From contig DBPS01000047.1 in NCBI GenBank assembly GCA_002304935.1, forward strand, positions 10,134 to 74,133: a stretch of 64,000 nucleotides of DNA, given 5' to 3'. The translations under genes were made by a program, and so were the position numbers. Origin of the DNA: Candidatus Humimicrobium oleiphilum (lineage in GTDB: Bacteria; Actinomycetota; Humimicrobiia; Humimicrobiales; Humimicrobiaceae). Positions 39,624 to 48,822 of this stretch are shown in pieces (positions within the stretch are counted from its first letter, which is position 1; the number at the start of each line of letters is the position of its first letter). The notes beneath the pieces are model-generated. The model ran no database searches. It had not been told where the DNA came from and worked only from the letters and a program-made list of their open reading frames with translations.

Positions 39624-40049
39624 ATGGCAGTAAGAAAAGCGCAGGCAGAATGGAGAGGCAATCTTGTCGAAGGCAGGGGGAATGTAGAAGTTGAAAGTGG
39701 AATTTTTAAAAACTCTTATTCTTTTCAGACCCGTTTTGGCGAAGAAAAAGGAACAAATCCGGAAGAGCTGATTGGTGCTGCCCATGCTGCATGCTATTCA
39801 ATGGCATTATCATTTATACTGGAGCAAAATAAATTCAAACCTGTAAAGATTTCAACTGAAGCAAGTGTCCATATAGATAAAGTAGGGGAAGGTTTTAAAA
39901 TCACAAAAATATTTCTTGATGTAAAAGGTGAAGTACCAGGCATAGAAATAAAAGAGTTTATTAAATATGCAAATGAAGCCAAAACAGGATGTCCTGTTTC
40001 GCAGGCTCTTGCGGCAACTCCGATTGAGATGAAAGCTGAACTTTTATAA
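39624..40049 (+). CDS. osmC: OsmC/Ohr-family peroxiredoxin (organic hydroperoxide reductase-like)
   Basis: 141 aa with the two conserved Cys (AHAACY...TGCPVS). Confidence 0.8.
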   Translation: MAVRKAQAEWRGNLVEGRGNVEVESGIFKNSYSFQTRFGEEKGTNPEELIGAAHAACYSMALSFILEQNKFKPVKISTEASVHIDKVGEGFKITKIFLDVKGEVPGIEIKEFIKYANEAKTGCPVSQALAATPIEMKAELL

Positions 40050-40103
40050 AACCCTGGTTCATTTTAAGTGTTTTGGAGTAAATATCTTTAATTAAAAAAA
40101 ATA

Positions 40104-40928
40104 ATGAAAAAGAAATTGTTTTTAAGATTAATTATTTTCTCTTTTACTTTGCTACTGACGGCTTTTTATTTATTCTCATGTAATTTGTTGGTGTCATCTA
40201 GTACTTCAGAGATTCCAGTAACAGAAGAGACAACTACTACCATCAGGACTGAGGAAGAACCAGACGAAGTCATTATTAAAGATACTACTACTACATTAAG
40301 GTCAGGCGAACCATCGATAGTAATAACAAACGGCAAAATTGATCCTGAGCGTAAACGGATAGCACTAACTTTTGATTCAGGATGGGAATATGAAAATGCT
40401 GAGCATCTTTTGAATTGTCTGGATGAATTCGGTATAAAAGCTACCTTTTTTACAAGAGGTTTTTGGGCAAAAGATCATCCTGAGATTGCTACCGATATTG
40501 TAAACAGGGGGCATGATCTGGAAAACCATTCTCTGACTCATGGACATATGAATGAAATGGATGAAAATGAAGTAAGAAATGAGGTTTCAGAGACAACTAA
40601 TATCATCAAGGATATCACAGGATTTGATGCTGATTTATTCCGTCCTCCATATGGTGAATATAATGAGAGAATACTGGAAATACTGGGTGAAGAAGGTTAT
40701 CCATATACCATAATGTGGACTGTTGACAGCCATGACTGGGCAAAGGAGCTTAACGGGATAGCAATAACCAAAGATTATGTAATCAAAAGAGTTCTGGAAA
40801 ATGCATCCGACGGGGCAATAATCCTGATGCATGTAGGAGGCTATGAGACAGTAAATGCTTTGCCGGATATTATTAACGGATTAAGAGCAGATGGCTACTA
40901 TTTTGTAAAAGTAAAAGAAATGATATAA
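40104..40928 (+). CDS. Polysaccharide deacetylase (NodB-homology, CE4) lipoprotein
   Basis: LFSC lipobox and a Thr/Glu-rich linker. NodB motifs: TFDSGW, HSLTHGHM, RPPYG. Confidence 0.8.
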   Translation: MKKKLFLRLIIFSFTLLLTAFYLFSCNLLVSSSTSEIPVTEETTTTIRTEEEPDEVIIKDTTTTLRSGEPSIVITNGKIDPERKRIALTFDSGWEYENAEHLLNCLDEFGIKATFFTRGFWAKDHPEIATDIVNRGHDLENHSLTHGHMNEMDENEVRNEVSETTNIIKDITGFDADLFRPPYGEYNERILEILGEEGYPYTIMWTVDSHDWAKELNGIAITKDYVIKRVLENASDGAIILMHVGGYETVNALPDIINGLRADGYYFVKVKEMI

Positions 40929-40980
40929 ATCCTGATTATATTAAATTTGCATTAATTGGGAGCCAAATTATACGTCCCCT

Positions 40981-41069
40981 TGGTGCCGAAGGTCGGGGTC
41001 GAACCGACACGAACCTTTCGGCCCACTGGATTTTGAGTCCAGCGCGTCTGCCAATTCCGCCACTTCGGC
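40981..41069 (-). tRNA. tRNA-Leu (anticodon CAA), class II with a long variable arm and an encoded CCA
   Basis: Minus strand GCCGAAGUGGCGGAAUUGGCAGACGCGCUGGACUCAAAAUCCAG...CUUCGGCACCA. It has a 7-bp acceptor stem and the anticodon loop CUCAAAA. Confidence 0.9.
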
Positions 41070-41168
41070 ACGATAGAAATAATACAATTATTAAGGCGTA
41101 TTATCAAGAACGCAAAAAAATATTTTTTAGTTAAAAGAATCTGCTATTAAGGTTCAGCTTTAGACTTG

Positions 41169-41237
41169 TTGACATAAAGCAGATATTCTAATATATTTTT
41201 TCTGGCGCCATTAGATTGTAATAATCTGATGGCGCTG
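41169..41237 (+). promoter_or_regulatory. Promoter (TTGACA-17-TATATT) plus a GC-rich 12-bp inverted repeat at +1 to +35 of the BMC-H transcript
   Basis: TTGACA at 41169-41174 and TATATT at 41192-41197. The IR is tggcgccattagat-N7-atctgatggcgc (41203-41237). A leader of about 145 nt runs to ATG 41349. Confidence 0.5.
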
Positions 41238-41348
41238 TACATTTATAAATACACTTTTTTAATTAAATTAATTTAAAAAAGTATTTAATTATTAGTAATA
41301 GTGTTATAAAATAAACAAAAATTTTAAGTTATTCAAAGGAGTATTTTG

Positions 41349-41621
41349 ATGGAGAGCAAAGCACTGGGTCTGATAGAAACAAAAGGTCTTGTCGGATGCA
41401 TAGAAGCTGGAGACGCAATGGTTAAGGCTGCAAATGTGCAAATGCTGGGAATAGAACAGATTGGCGGCGGTTTCGTGACTGTAATGGTTGAAGGCGATGT
41501 AGGTGCTGTAAAAGCTGCAGTTGATGCAGGAGCAGCTGCTGCAAAAAGAGTAGGAGAACTTATTTCAGTCCATGTAATTCCAAGACCGGACCCATCAACT
41601 GAAAAACTGGTAAAAAAATAA
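41349..41621 (+). CDS. Bacterial microcompartment shell protein, BMC-H (Pfam00936, PduA/EutM-like hexamer)
   Basis: [30 protein letters not shown]...[41 protein letters not shown] is roughly 65% identical to PduA. It has a strong RBS (AAAGGAG). Confidence 0.9.
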   Translation: MESKALGLIETKGLVGCIEAGDAMVKAANVQMLGIEQIGGGFVTVMVEGDVGAVKAAVDAGAAAAKRVGELISVHVIPRPDPSTEKLVKK

Positions 41622-41706
41622 TTAAATTATTTTAATAAATAATCAGGCTATTATTAATAATTTTTATTATTAAGCTGATTTTTAATAAAAAAAATATATT
41701 TATACT

Positions 41707-41740
41707 ATGGCAGGTTTTACCTGCCATTTTTATTTTGTTT
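41707..41740 (+). terminator. Intrinsic terminator after the BMC-H gene
   Basis: atggcagg-tttta-cctgccat followed by TTTTATTTTGTTT. Confidence 0.75.
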
Positions 41741-41851
41741 TAAAATATTAATAATTTATATAAAATATATTATAAAAAGAATATTTTTTACATTTGACTG
41801 GTTGTCATCTGTTTTTTTCTGATTATTTCTATAACCACTGAAAGGAGGATT

Positions 41852-42823
41852 ATGGGAAGTGAAAAGAAGTCAGCTGCTGAAAATTTTGGAAAGATGTTTA
41901 AGGAATTTGGCGCCGCGATAGCCGAAATCTTCAATGATCCGGACCTGAAAGCAAAATCAAAAGAATTTGCAGAAAGTGCATCAGAATCAGCAAAAGTATT
42001 TGCTCAGCGTTTCAGGGACGAAGAAGTGCAAAACAAATTCAGGGAAGTCGGTAAGGCTGCCCAGGATTTTGGGAAAAATGTATCTGACTATTTTAAATCA
42101 GATAATGAAAAGGAAGCGGCAGAAGAAAAAAGCAGCCACGAAGAAAAAAAAACTGAAGAATCCAGTGAGGCCAAAAGCGGAAACAGCTCAGAAACATTTG
42201 CTGGCTTAAATGAAGAAAGTGAAGCTGAAAAGAACAAAATTCTACAAAATGACTCTGTTGATAGCAAAACAGAATCAAAAACCAATCTGCCTGAAGATTT
42301 TAAAGCTTTTGATGGAAAATTTGACAGTTATTTTGCATCAGGAAGAGCAGGGAGGATAACGGGTTATATTTTTTCAATCATATTTGCAATAGCCTGGATG
42401 ATATTTATATTATTCTTTAATCAGTATATTGCATATTATTATAATGAAACCCTGGATGGCGCCCAGCAGTTAAGGATGGTTCCGGTTCTTACAGAAGAAT
42501 TTAGTCTCTGGCTTCCTTTTTTTACTTTAAGCATGCTGGTTTCCATAATCGGAAACCTGGTACTTGTTTTTTTCGAAAGATTCTACCTGATGAAGATAAT
42601 TTCAATAATAAAATCAGCCCTTACACTTTCCGTTACTGCTTATCTTTTAAGACTTTTTCCGTTTGATTTTTCTCTTATACCGAATATAACGCTTAAAGGT
42701 GTAGCAAGTATGATAACTTCAATAATTCTTATAATAATAATGGCAGGATGTGCAATTGCAATTATTATTGATTTTATAAAATTAATCGTTTTTTTTACCA
42801 GGTCGGGCTCTGTAAATGAATAA
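41852..42823 (+). CDS. Hypothetical membrane protein. Its N-terminal half (about 170 aa) is cytoplasmic, highly charged, and carries three F/A-patterned amphipathic helix repeats. Its C-terminal half has 4 TM helices
   Basis: Repeats ENFGKMFKEFGAAIAEIF / KEFAESASESAKVFAQRF / NKFREVGKAAQDFGKNVSDYF, followed by a Ser/Glu/Lys low-complexity linker and four hydrophobic segments. RBS GAAAGGAGG. Confidence 0.5.
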   Translation: MGSEKKSAAENFGKMFKEFGAAIAEIFNDPDLKAKSKEFAESASESAKVFAQRFRDEEVQNKFREVGKAAQDFGKNVSDYFKSDNEKEAAEEKSSHEEKKTEESSEAKSGNSSETFAGLNEESEAEKNKILQNDSVDSKTESKTNLPEDFKAFDGKFDSYFASGRAGRITGYIFSIIFAIAWMIFILFFNQYIAYYYNETLDGAQQLRMVPVLTEEFSLWLPFFTLSMLVSIIGNLVLVFFERFYLMKIISIIKSALTLSVTAYLLRLFPFDFSLIPNITLKGVASMITSIILIIIMAGCAIAIIIDFIKLIVFFTRSGSVNE

Positions 42824-42864
42824 AATAAATGACCCGAACTATAAGTACGGGTCATTTATTTAAA
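42823..42864. terminator. Bidirectional intrinsic terminator between convergent genes
   Basis: aaataaatgacccg-N11-cgggtcatttattt, a perfect 14-bp inverted repeat flanked by A/T runs. Confidence 0.8.
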
Positions 42865-42891
42865 TTGGCAATATAATTAAAAACAGTATAA

Positions 42892-43110
42892 TTATATCTT
42901 TGCTTTTCCAGCTTCTGAAATAATATATTTTTCATCATCAGTTTTTTTAATGAATCCTGCTTCATTTAATTCTCTGAGACTTACCCTAACCTTGAAAAGA
43001 GGTCTTTTAAGTTTTTCTGCAATTTCCTCAGCTGAATAAGGCTCTTTTACCAATTGCAAGAGTTCTTTAGCTGTTGACGTAATTGTTCCGTCTGCGTTTA
43101 CACAAGCCAT
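42892..43110 (-). CDS. Small (72 aa) winged helix-turn-helix protein, putative transcriptional regulator
   Basis: The ELLQLVKEPYSAEEIAEKLKRPLFKVRVSLRELNEAGFI pattern resembles a wHTH (helix-turn-helix plus wing). It is co-oriented and 15 nt downstream of the peroxiredoxin gene. Confidence 0.55.
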   Translation of the reverse strand: MACVNADGTITSTAKELLQLVKEPYSAEEIAEKLKRPLFKVRVSLRELNEAGFIKKTDDEKYIISEAGKAKI

Positions 43111-43125
43111 ATCTTACCTGCCTTT

Positions 43126-43794
43126 TTAAAGATCTTTTTTACAGAAATACCAGTCTTTGCATTCAAAGGAAGAATCTTTTACTCTTTCATCAGCCATTTC
43201 CTGTGTCTTTGGTGGAGGAACTATTACTTTTTCACCAGGTCTCCAGTTCGCAGGTGTTGCAACACCATTTTTATCTGATGTCTGCAAAGCCTGAACGACT
43301 CTCAGAAACTCATCCATGTTTCTGCCTGTTGAGGAAGGATAATATACCATAGCTCTTAAAATCTGCTTGTCGTCTATTATGAAAACAGCTCTTGAAGTTT
43401 CTGTTGCGCTGTCGCCCGGCATGATCATACCGTATTTTTTGGCAACCTCCATGCTTAGATCTGCAATAACCGGGAATTCTACCTTTACTCCGAATTTTTC
43501 TTCAATATTTCTTACCCATGCTATATGGGAAAAAACACTATCGATGCTCAGGCCCATAAGTTCACAGTTCAGTTCCCTTAATTTCGGATGGATTTGTGCA
43601 AATCCTACAAATTCAGTTGTACAGACTGGTGTGAAATCTGCAGGGTGAGAAAATAATATAAGCCAGCTTCCCTTGAAATCCTCAAGTTTTATTGTTCCGT
43701 GGGTTGTTACAGCTTCAAACTGCGGAGCTGGTGATCCAAGTCTGGGCAGTACATTTACAACCTCATTATTGATTTCATTCATTTTCGCCTCCAT
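43126..43794 (-). CDS. Peroxiredoxin, Prx6-subfamily/archaeal-type with a C-terminal resolving Cys pair
   Basis: Peroxidatic FTPVCTTEF motif. 222 aa with a C-terminal CKDWYFC (C-x5-C), as in Aeropyrum-type thioredoxin peroxidases. Confidence 0.88.
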   Translation of the reverse strand: MEAKMNEINNEVVNVLPRLGSPAPQFEAVTTHGTIKLEDFKGSWLILFSHPADFTPVCTTEFVGFAQIHPKLRELNCELMGLSIDSVFSHIAWVRNIEEKFGVKVEFPVIADLSMEVAKKYGMIMPGDSATETSRAVFIIDDKQILRAMVYYPSSTGRNMDEFLRVVQALQTSDKNGVATPANWRPGEKVIVPPPKTQEMADERVKDSSFECKDWYFCKKDL

Positions 43795-43817
43795 ATGTTT
43801 TTATTTATAAAGTTAAA

Positions 43818-44024
43818 CTAATGTCTTTTCCTTCGCTCTTTGGAATATATTACTATGCTTCCTATTACCCCGGTAAAAAATAACAGGGGTGAAACAAAAA
43901 CTGCAATGAAGAAAAACAAAATGTCTTTTTTCCCAAAAAAAGACACAGCCACTTCGTGCATAATAATACTGATGGCAAGGACTATTAAAGAAACTATTGA
44001 TATTATAATAAACTTCTTTAACAT
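43818..44024 (-). CDS. Small 2-TM membrane protein (68 aa), first gene of the prx operon
   Basis: Two hydrophobic helices and a basic C-terminus (KERRKRH). The call rests only on the ORF plus hydropathy. Confidence 0.35.
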   Translation of the reverse strand: MLKKFIIISIVSLIVLAISIIMHEVAVSFFGKKDILFFFIAVFVSPLLFFTGVIGSIVIYSKERRKRH

Positions 44025-44249
44025 TTTCTTTTATTTTATAATATAACATATTTATTCTATAAGAAAAGAAGATTATCCCTCATATTCAAAAGACGTGAAT
44101 CTGGATAATGCCGGATTGACTGGTTACTAATGATTTTACATTTATTAATCAGTACTTTATAAAAAGATGTGCATAGAATGTATAATTATGTTGAAATGAA
44201 TTTGTAATACGGCAATAATAATATCTGCTTTAAGAATTTGAGAAAAAAA

Positions 44250-47168
44250 ATGAAAAATAAACTTATTTTAATAGACAGCAATAATATTGCCTACAGAGCA
44301 TTTTATGCACTGCCTGCAACAATAGCTACTTCTTCAGGCATTACGACAAATGCTATATATGGGTTTATATCCATGGTGCTCAAGATTGCATCTGATTTTG
44401 AACCAGATAATATGATTGCTGCTTTTGACAGTAAGGCGCCCACTTTCAGACATGAGTTTTTTGAAGGATACAAAGCTCAGAGAAAAAAAATGCCTGATGA
44501 GCTGATCAACCAGATGCCTCTTATAAAAGAAGTGCTTAAATCAATGAATATTCCGGCTGTTGAAAAAGATGGTTTTGAAGCCGATGACATTATAGCAACC
44601 ATAGCAACCAGATGCAGAAACTCTTATGAAGAAATCATGATAATCTCTTCGGATAAAGACATGCTGCAGCTGGTAGGTGGAAATATAAAAGTAATAGCAT
44701 TAAAAAAGGGGATGACAGATATTGCAGTTTTTGATTCCAAATCAGTATATGAGAAATTTAATGTCAGGCCGGAAGAAATACAGGATTATCTTGCGCTTAC
44801 AGGCGATAACTCTGACAATATTCCCGGCATTCCCGGTGTCGGACCAAAGACCGCGATTCAGCTCATAGAACAGTTTAAGAGCATAGATAATATTTATAAA
44901 AATGTTGATAAGATCAAAAATGAAAAACTTGCCGGACTGATTTTAAAAAATAAATCAGCAGCGGAATTTTCAAAAAAGCTTACGGAACTGGTAACTGATA
45001 TAGATTTGGATATGGATAGTATTCTGGAGCAGAAAATAAGAGATGCCGACATTTCCGAAATGCAGAAGTCTTTTTCTATGCTTGAATTTAAAACTCTTTC
45101 AGAAAGAATTAAAAAAATTGCTTTTTTTAAGAACAATCTGAAAGAATACAAAGATTCTTTTTTGGCAGCAGAAAAAAACGACGCTGAAGCAAAAGAAGAC
45201 AATTACGCTGGGAAAGATAATCCTGAAGTAATAAATTGCATAATTCCGGGTAACGTAAAGGATATAAATAGATTTATCAGCAAAATAAGCGAAAAGATAT
45301 TTTTCAGCACCCTGACGCCTTTTAATAAAGAGAATGATGAAAATCAGGAAAATGATAATATGCTTGCAATTTTTAATGGGGGAAATGAAATTCTTGCAGT
45401 ACATTCTTCCAGGTTTAAGGATGTTGCCTGCTTTAATGCCATTAAAGAAATTTTTGAGAACAAAAATATAATAAAGGTCGGATTTGATATAAAAAATAAA
45501 TATAAATGGCTAAAAAGCAAAGGTATTGCAATAAATGGCAGAATAGATGATTTAAAGATATCTTTCCTGCTTCTGAATTCAGATAAAACAAATGTGGAAA
45601 TTGAAGAAATATTCGAAAAATACTCGGATATAGATCCGGAAAGGATTCTGGATACTTTAAGAAAAATTTCTTCAGGAAATATTTCAGATTCCAGGGCAGA
45701 AAAATCAGAAATTACTTATAAAGATAAAAATGAGAGTCAGGCCAAAGATCATGAGAATCACCAGATGTCTTTTATGGGATATGGTGATAATGAAAATGAA
45801 AAATCAAATATAGCTTTGCAAAATTTTGAAAATGATAATGCTTTTCCTGGTTTCTTATCAGATGATAGTAATTTCAGGCAGCAACTTGCTTCCCTGTTCT
45901 TGTATGCTGTACTCGAAAAGACTCTGGTTAAAGAGCTTGAAAAGCATGAAATGATTGAATTATACAGAAAAATTGAAGAGCCTCTTATAAAAGTACTGGC
46001 GGAAATGGAATACACAGGTGTTGCAATCGACAGGGAATATCTTAAGGAATTAATAATCGAATATAATAAAGAGATAGAAATAATCACAAAGGAGATATTT
46101 GGAATAAGTGGTGAAGAATTCAATATAAACTCTCCCCAGCAATTATCCATGATTTTATATAAGAAACTTGACCTTAGACCCAGAAGAAAAACAAAAACAG
46201 GCTTGTCTACTGATGCAGCCACACTGATGTCTCTTCTGGGAGATAACCCAATTATTGAAAAAATTCTTGACTATAGAGAAAAGGTTAAATTAAAAAATAC
46301 CTATATTGATGTTCTGCCGAACATAACAAGCAAAAAAGACGGAAGGATACATACTACATACAATCAGCTCGGGACAACAACAGGGAGAATCAGCTCAAGT
46401 GAACCTAATCTTCAGAATATACCTGTAAGAACAGATATAGGCAGACTAATAAGAAAAGCATTTATTCCAGGCAAAGGATATGACCTGCTTCTTTCTGCAG
46501 ATTATTCACAAATTGAATTAAGGGTGCTTGCCCATCTTTCAAATGATAAAAAACTGATAGAAGTTTTTTTAAGGGATGAAGATATACATAGTTATACAGC
46601 CTCAGAGATTTTTAATGTAGCATTAGCGGATGTAACTGAAGAAATGCGAAGAAAGGCCAAGGCAATAAATTTTGGAATAATTTACGGCATGACGGAATAT
46701 GGCCTGAAATCCAGATTATCAATTTCCGAGGAGGAGGCAAAAAGTTATATAGAATTGTATTTTTCCAGATATCCTGAAATAAAGGGTTATATAAATGGTC
46801 TTATTAAAGAAGCTTATGAAAAAGGGTATGCACAAACACTTTTCGGAAGAAAAAGAAAAATACCTGAACTATTTAATTCGAACCCGAGGATTAGAAATCT
46901 TGGTGAAAGACTTGCAATAAATACTCCTATCCAGGGAACTGCAGCAGATATAATGAAACTTGCAACAGTAAGGCTTTTTAATAATTTAAAAGAATCGGCA
47001 ACAGATGCAAATATTCTTATGCAGGTTCATGATGAACTTGTCCTGGAATTTAAAGAAAAAGATTTGGAAATTGTAAAAAAATCGGTAAGAATATCAATGG
47101 AAGAATGTATAAAACTTGAAGTTCCTCTAAAAACAGATATTAAATATGCTGAGAACTGGTATATATAG
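44250..47168 (+). CDS. polA: DNA polymerase I. It has a 5'-3' exonuclease and a polymerase domain, while the central 3'-5' exo-like domain is degenerate and expanded
   Basis: The FEN domain (MKNKLILIDSNNIAYRAFYAL...) and polymerase motifs A, B and C (DYSQIELR, RRKAKAINFGIIYG, QVHDEL) are present. No DxE exo I motif was found. The start is ATG 44250. Confidence 0.93.
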   Translation: MKNKLILIDSNNIAYRAFYALPATIATSSGITTNAIYGFISMVLKIASDFEPDNMIAAFDSKAPTFRHEFFEGYKAQRKKMPDELINQMPLIKEVLKSMNIPAVEKDGFEADDIIATIATRCRNSYEEIMIISSDKDMLQLVGGNIKVIALKKGMTDIAVFDSKSVYEKFNVRPEEIQDYLALTGDNSDNIPGIPGVGPKTAIQLIEQFKSIDNIYKNVDKIKNEKLAGLILKNKSAAEFSKKLTELVTDIDLDMDSILEQKIRDADISEMQKSFSMLEFKTLSERIKKIAFFKNNLKEYKDSFLAAEKNDAEAKEDNYAGKDNPEVINCIIPGNVKDINRFISKISEKIFFSTLTPFNKENDENQENDNMLAIFNGGNEILAVHSSRFKDVACFNAIKEIFENKNIIKVGFDIKNKYKWLKSKGIAINGRIDDLKISFLLLNSDKTNVEIEEIFEKYSDIDPERILDTLRKISSGNISDSRAEKSEITYKDKNESQAKDHENHQMSFMGYGDNENEKSNIALQNFENDNAFPGFLSDDSNFRQQLASLFLYAVLEKTLVKELEKHEMIELYRKIEEPLIKVLAEMEYTGVAIDREYLKELIIEYNKEIEIITKEIFGISGEEFNINSPQQLSMILYKKLDLRPRRKTKTGLSTDAATLMSLLGDNPIIEKILDYREKVKLKNTYIDVLPNITSKKDGRIHTTYNQLGTTTGRISSSEPNLQNIPVRTDIGRLIRKAFIPGKGYDLLLSADYSQIELRVLAHLSNDKKLIEVFLRDEDIHSYTASEIFNVALADVTEEMRRKAKAINFGIIYGMTEYGLKSRLSISEEEAKSYIELYFSRYPEIKGYINGLIKEAYEKGYAQTLFGRKRKIPELFNSNPRIRNLGERLAINTPIQGTAADIMKLATVRLFNNLKESATDANILMQVHDELVLEFKEKDLEIVKKSVRISMEECIKLEVPLKTDIKYAENWYI

Positions 47169-47299
47169 CAATTCAGGAATTAAATACAAAAAGCCCCAAT
47201 AACAAATAAATTCTAAAAATAATATTATATATTGATTTAAATTTTTTAGCATGCTATATTTTTTTGCACAAATTTAAAATTGGAGGGATTTTTGGCACA

Positions 47300-48628
47300 A
47301 TGACAAAAAATATTATTTACAATCAATTGACAGATGAAAATTGCATGATTCAAAATGAAAAGGGGGAGATGATACCGAATTATGATATTACCCTTATTAA
47401 TTTTGATGAAGGCGACATCCTTAAAGGGAAAGTAGTTAAAATCGATAAGGATGAAGTTCTAGTAGATGTTGGCTTTAAGTCAGAAGGAGTAATTCCTGCA
47501 TCAGAACTATCTATAAGAAACAGCGTCAAACCTGATGAATTCCTGAAGCTGGATGATCTTGTTGAAATCATGGTACTTCAGAAAGAAGATCAGGATGGAA
47601 GGCTCATTCTTTCAAAGAAAAGAGCTGAAATTGAAAAGAGTTTTGATAAAATTGAGAAAATCTATCAGAACGATGAGATAGTAGAAGGCCAGGTAATAGA
47701 ATTCGTAAAAGGCGGATTGATCCTTGATATAGGCCTCAGGGGCTTTTTGCCCGCTTCTCTTATCGACATCAAAAAAACAAAAGACCTTTCTTCATATATA
47801 GGTGAAAAGTATACCTGTAAGATAATAGAAGTTGACAGGAATAGAAATAATGTTGTTCTTTCAAGAAAGGCAATTATTGAAGATGAAAGAAAAGAACAAA
47901 GAAAAGAAATCCTTGAAAACATCGAAATTGGCCAGGTTCGTGATGGTATCATTACAAGCATAGCAGATTTCGGCGCATTTGTTGATGTAGACGGTATAGA
48001 CGGACTGATACATATTTCTGAGCTTTCCTGGAATCACGTGAAACATCCTTCAGAGGTCGTAAAAGTAGGACAGGAAGTCAATGTCGAAATACTGGATATA
48101 GACTTTGAAAAACAAAGACTTTCACTCGGACTTAAGCAGACTCAGAAAGATCCATGGGTCGATAAAATAAAATCTTATAAAATCGGCGACATTGTTCAGG
48201 GAAAGGTAACAAGAATTGTCAAATTCGGTCTTTTCGTACAGATACAGGAAGATATGGAAGGGCTTGTCCACATATCTGAATTAAGTACAGAACCAATTAA
48301 AAGACCAAGCGATGTGGCAAAAATCGGTGATGAGATAATTGTAAAAATAATTGATATAGATTTTGAGAAAAGAAGAATGGCTTTTTCGATAAGACAGGTG
48401 ACTAATCCTGACACACCTTCTGAGGAAAGTGACAGCAAACAACAGAAAAAAGATTTATCTGATATTGAAACAGAGCAAAAACAGCAGGATGAAAAAGAAG
48501 AAATAAAAGAAGAGGCTGCTCCGGAAGATGAAAAAGCAGAAAATCCCGATGATAATCCTGAGCATGAGCGGGAAAAAGCAATAAAAGAAATTCTAAAACA
48601 GATGAAAGATGAAGCCAATCTCGAATAA
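47300..48628 (+). CDS. rpsA: 30S ribosomal protein S1 (4 S1 domains plus an acidic C-terminal tail)
   Basis: Repeated S1 domains (GxV..I..FGAFV) and a GGAGGG RBS 10 nt upstream of ATG 47300. Confidence 0.88.
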   Translation: MTKNIIYNQLTDENCMIQNEKGEMIPNYDITLINFDEGDILKGKVVKIDKDEVLVDVGFKSEGVIPASELSIRNSVKPDEFLKLDDLVEIMVLQKEDQDGRLILSKKRAEIEKSFDKIEKIYQNDEIVEGQVIEFVKGGLILDIGLRGFLPASLIDIKKTKDLSSYIGEKYTCKIIEVDRNRNNVVLSRKAIIEDERKEQRKEILENIEIGQVRDGIITSIADFGAFVDVDGIDGLIHISELSWNHVKHPSEVVKVGQEVNVEILDIDFEKQRLSLGLKQTQKDPWVDKIKSYKIGDIVQGKVTRIVKFGLFVQIQEDMEGLVHISELSTEPIKRPSDVAKIGDEIIVKIIDIDFEKRRMAFSIRQVTNPDTPSEESDSKQQKKDLSDIETEQKQQDEKEEIKEEAAPEDEKAENPDDNPEHEREKAIKEILKQMKDEANLE

Positions 48629-48678
48629 AAGATATAAGTAAAAATCTTATAAATATTAATTTAAATAGTATAATAGTA

Positions 48679-48722
48679 ATTATCCCTTAATTTATTGAAG
48701 TTAGGGGATAATTATTTTTTTT
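48679..48722 (+). terminator. Intrinsic terminator after rpsA
   Basis: aattatccc...ggggataatt followed by T9. Confidence 0.75.
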
Positions 48723-48822
48723 GGTAAGAATATCAAGCCGGGTTTTAAAAGGATGAAAATCATATGGTCAGAAAACAGCTTGTCGGGAAATATCAACAAT
48801 AAATTAAGGATATAAGAAAAAA

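Noticed and set aside
40929-41345. tRNA-Leu as the boundary of a genomic island carrying the BMC-H, membrane protein and prx genes
   Set aside because: The tRNA is on the minus strand, so its 3' end (the usual integration site) faces the polysaccharide deacetylase gene, not the BMC-H side. No integrase or direct-repeat copy of the tRNA 3' end was found downstream. The GC and codon style of the BMC-H region matches its surroundings.
41967-42209. 80-aa Lys-rich ORF in an alternative frame inside the 323-aa membrane protein gene
   Set aside because: It is an artefact of the A-rich Glu/Lys-coding repeats of the real gene. It has no RBS and extreme composition.
48723-48822. 12-codon ORF (MVRKQLVGKYQQ) between rpsA and coaE
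   Set aside because: Too short, no RBS, and it lies in a promoter or terminator region.
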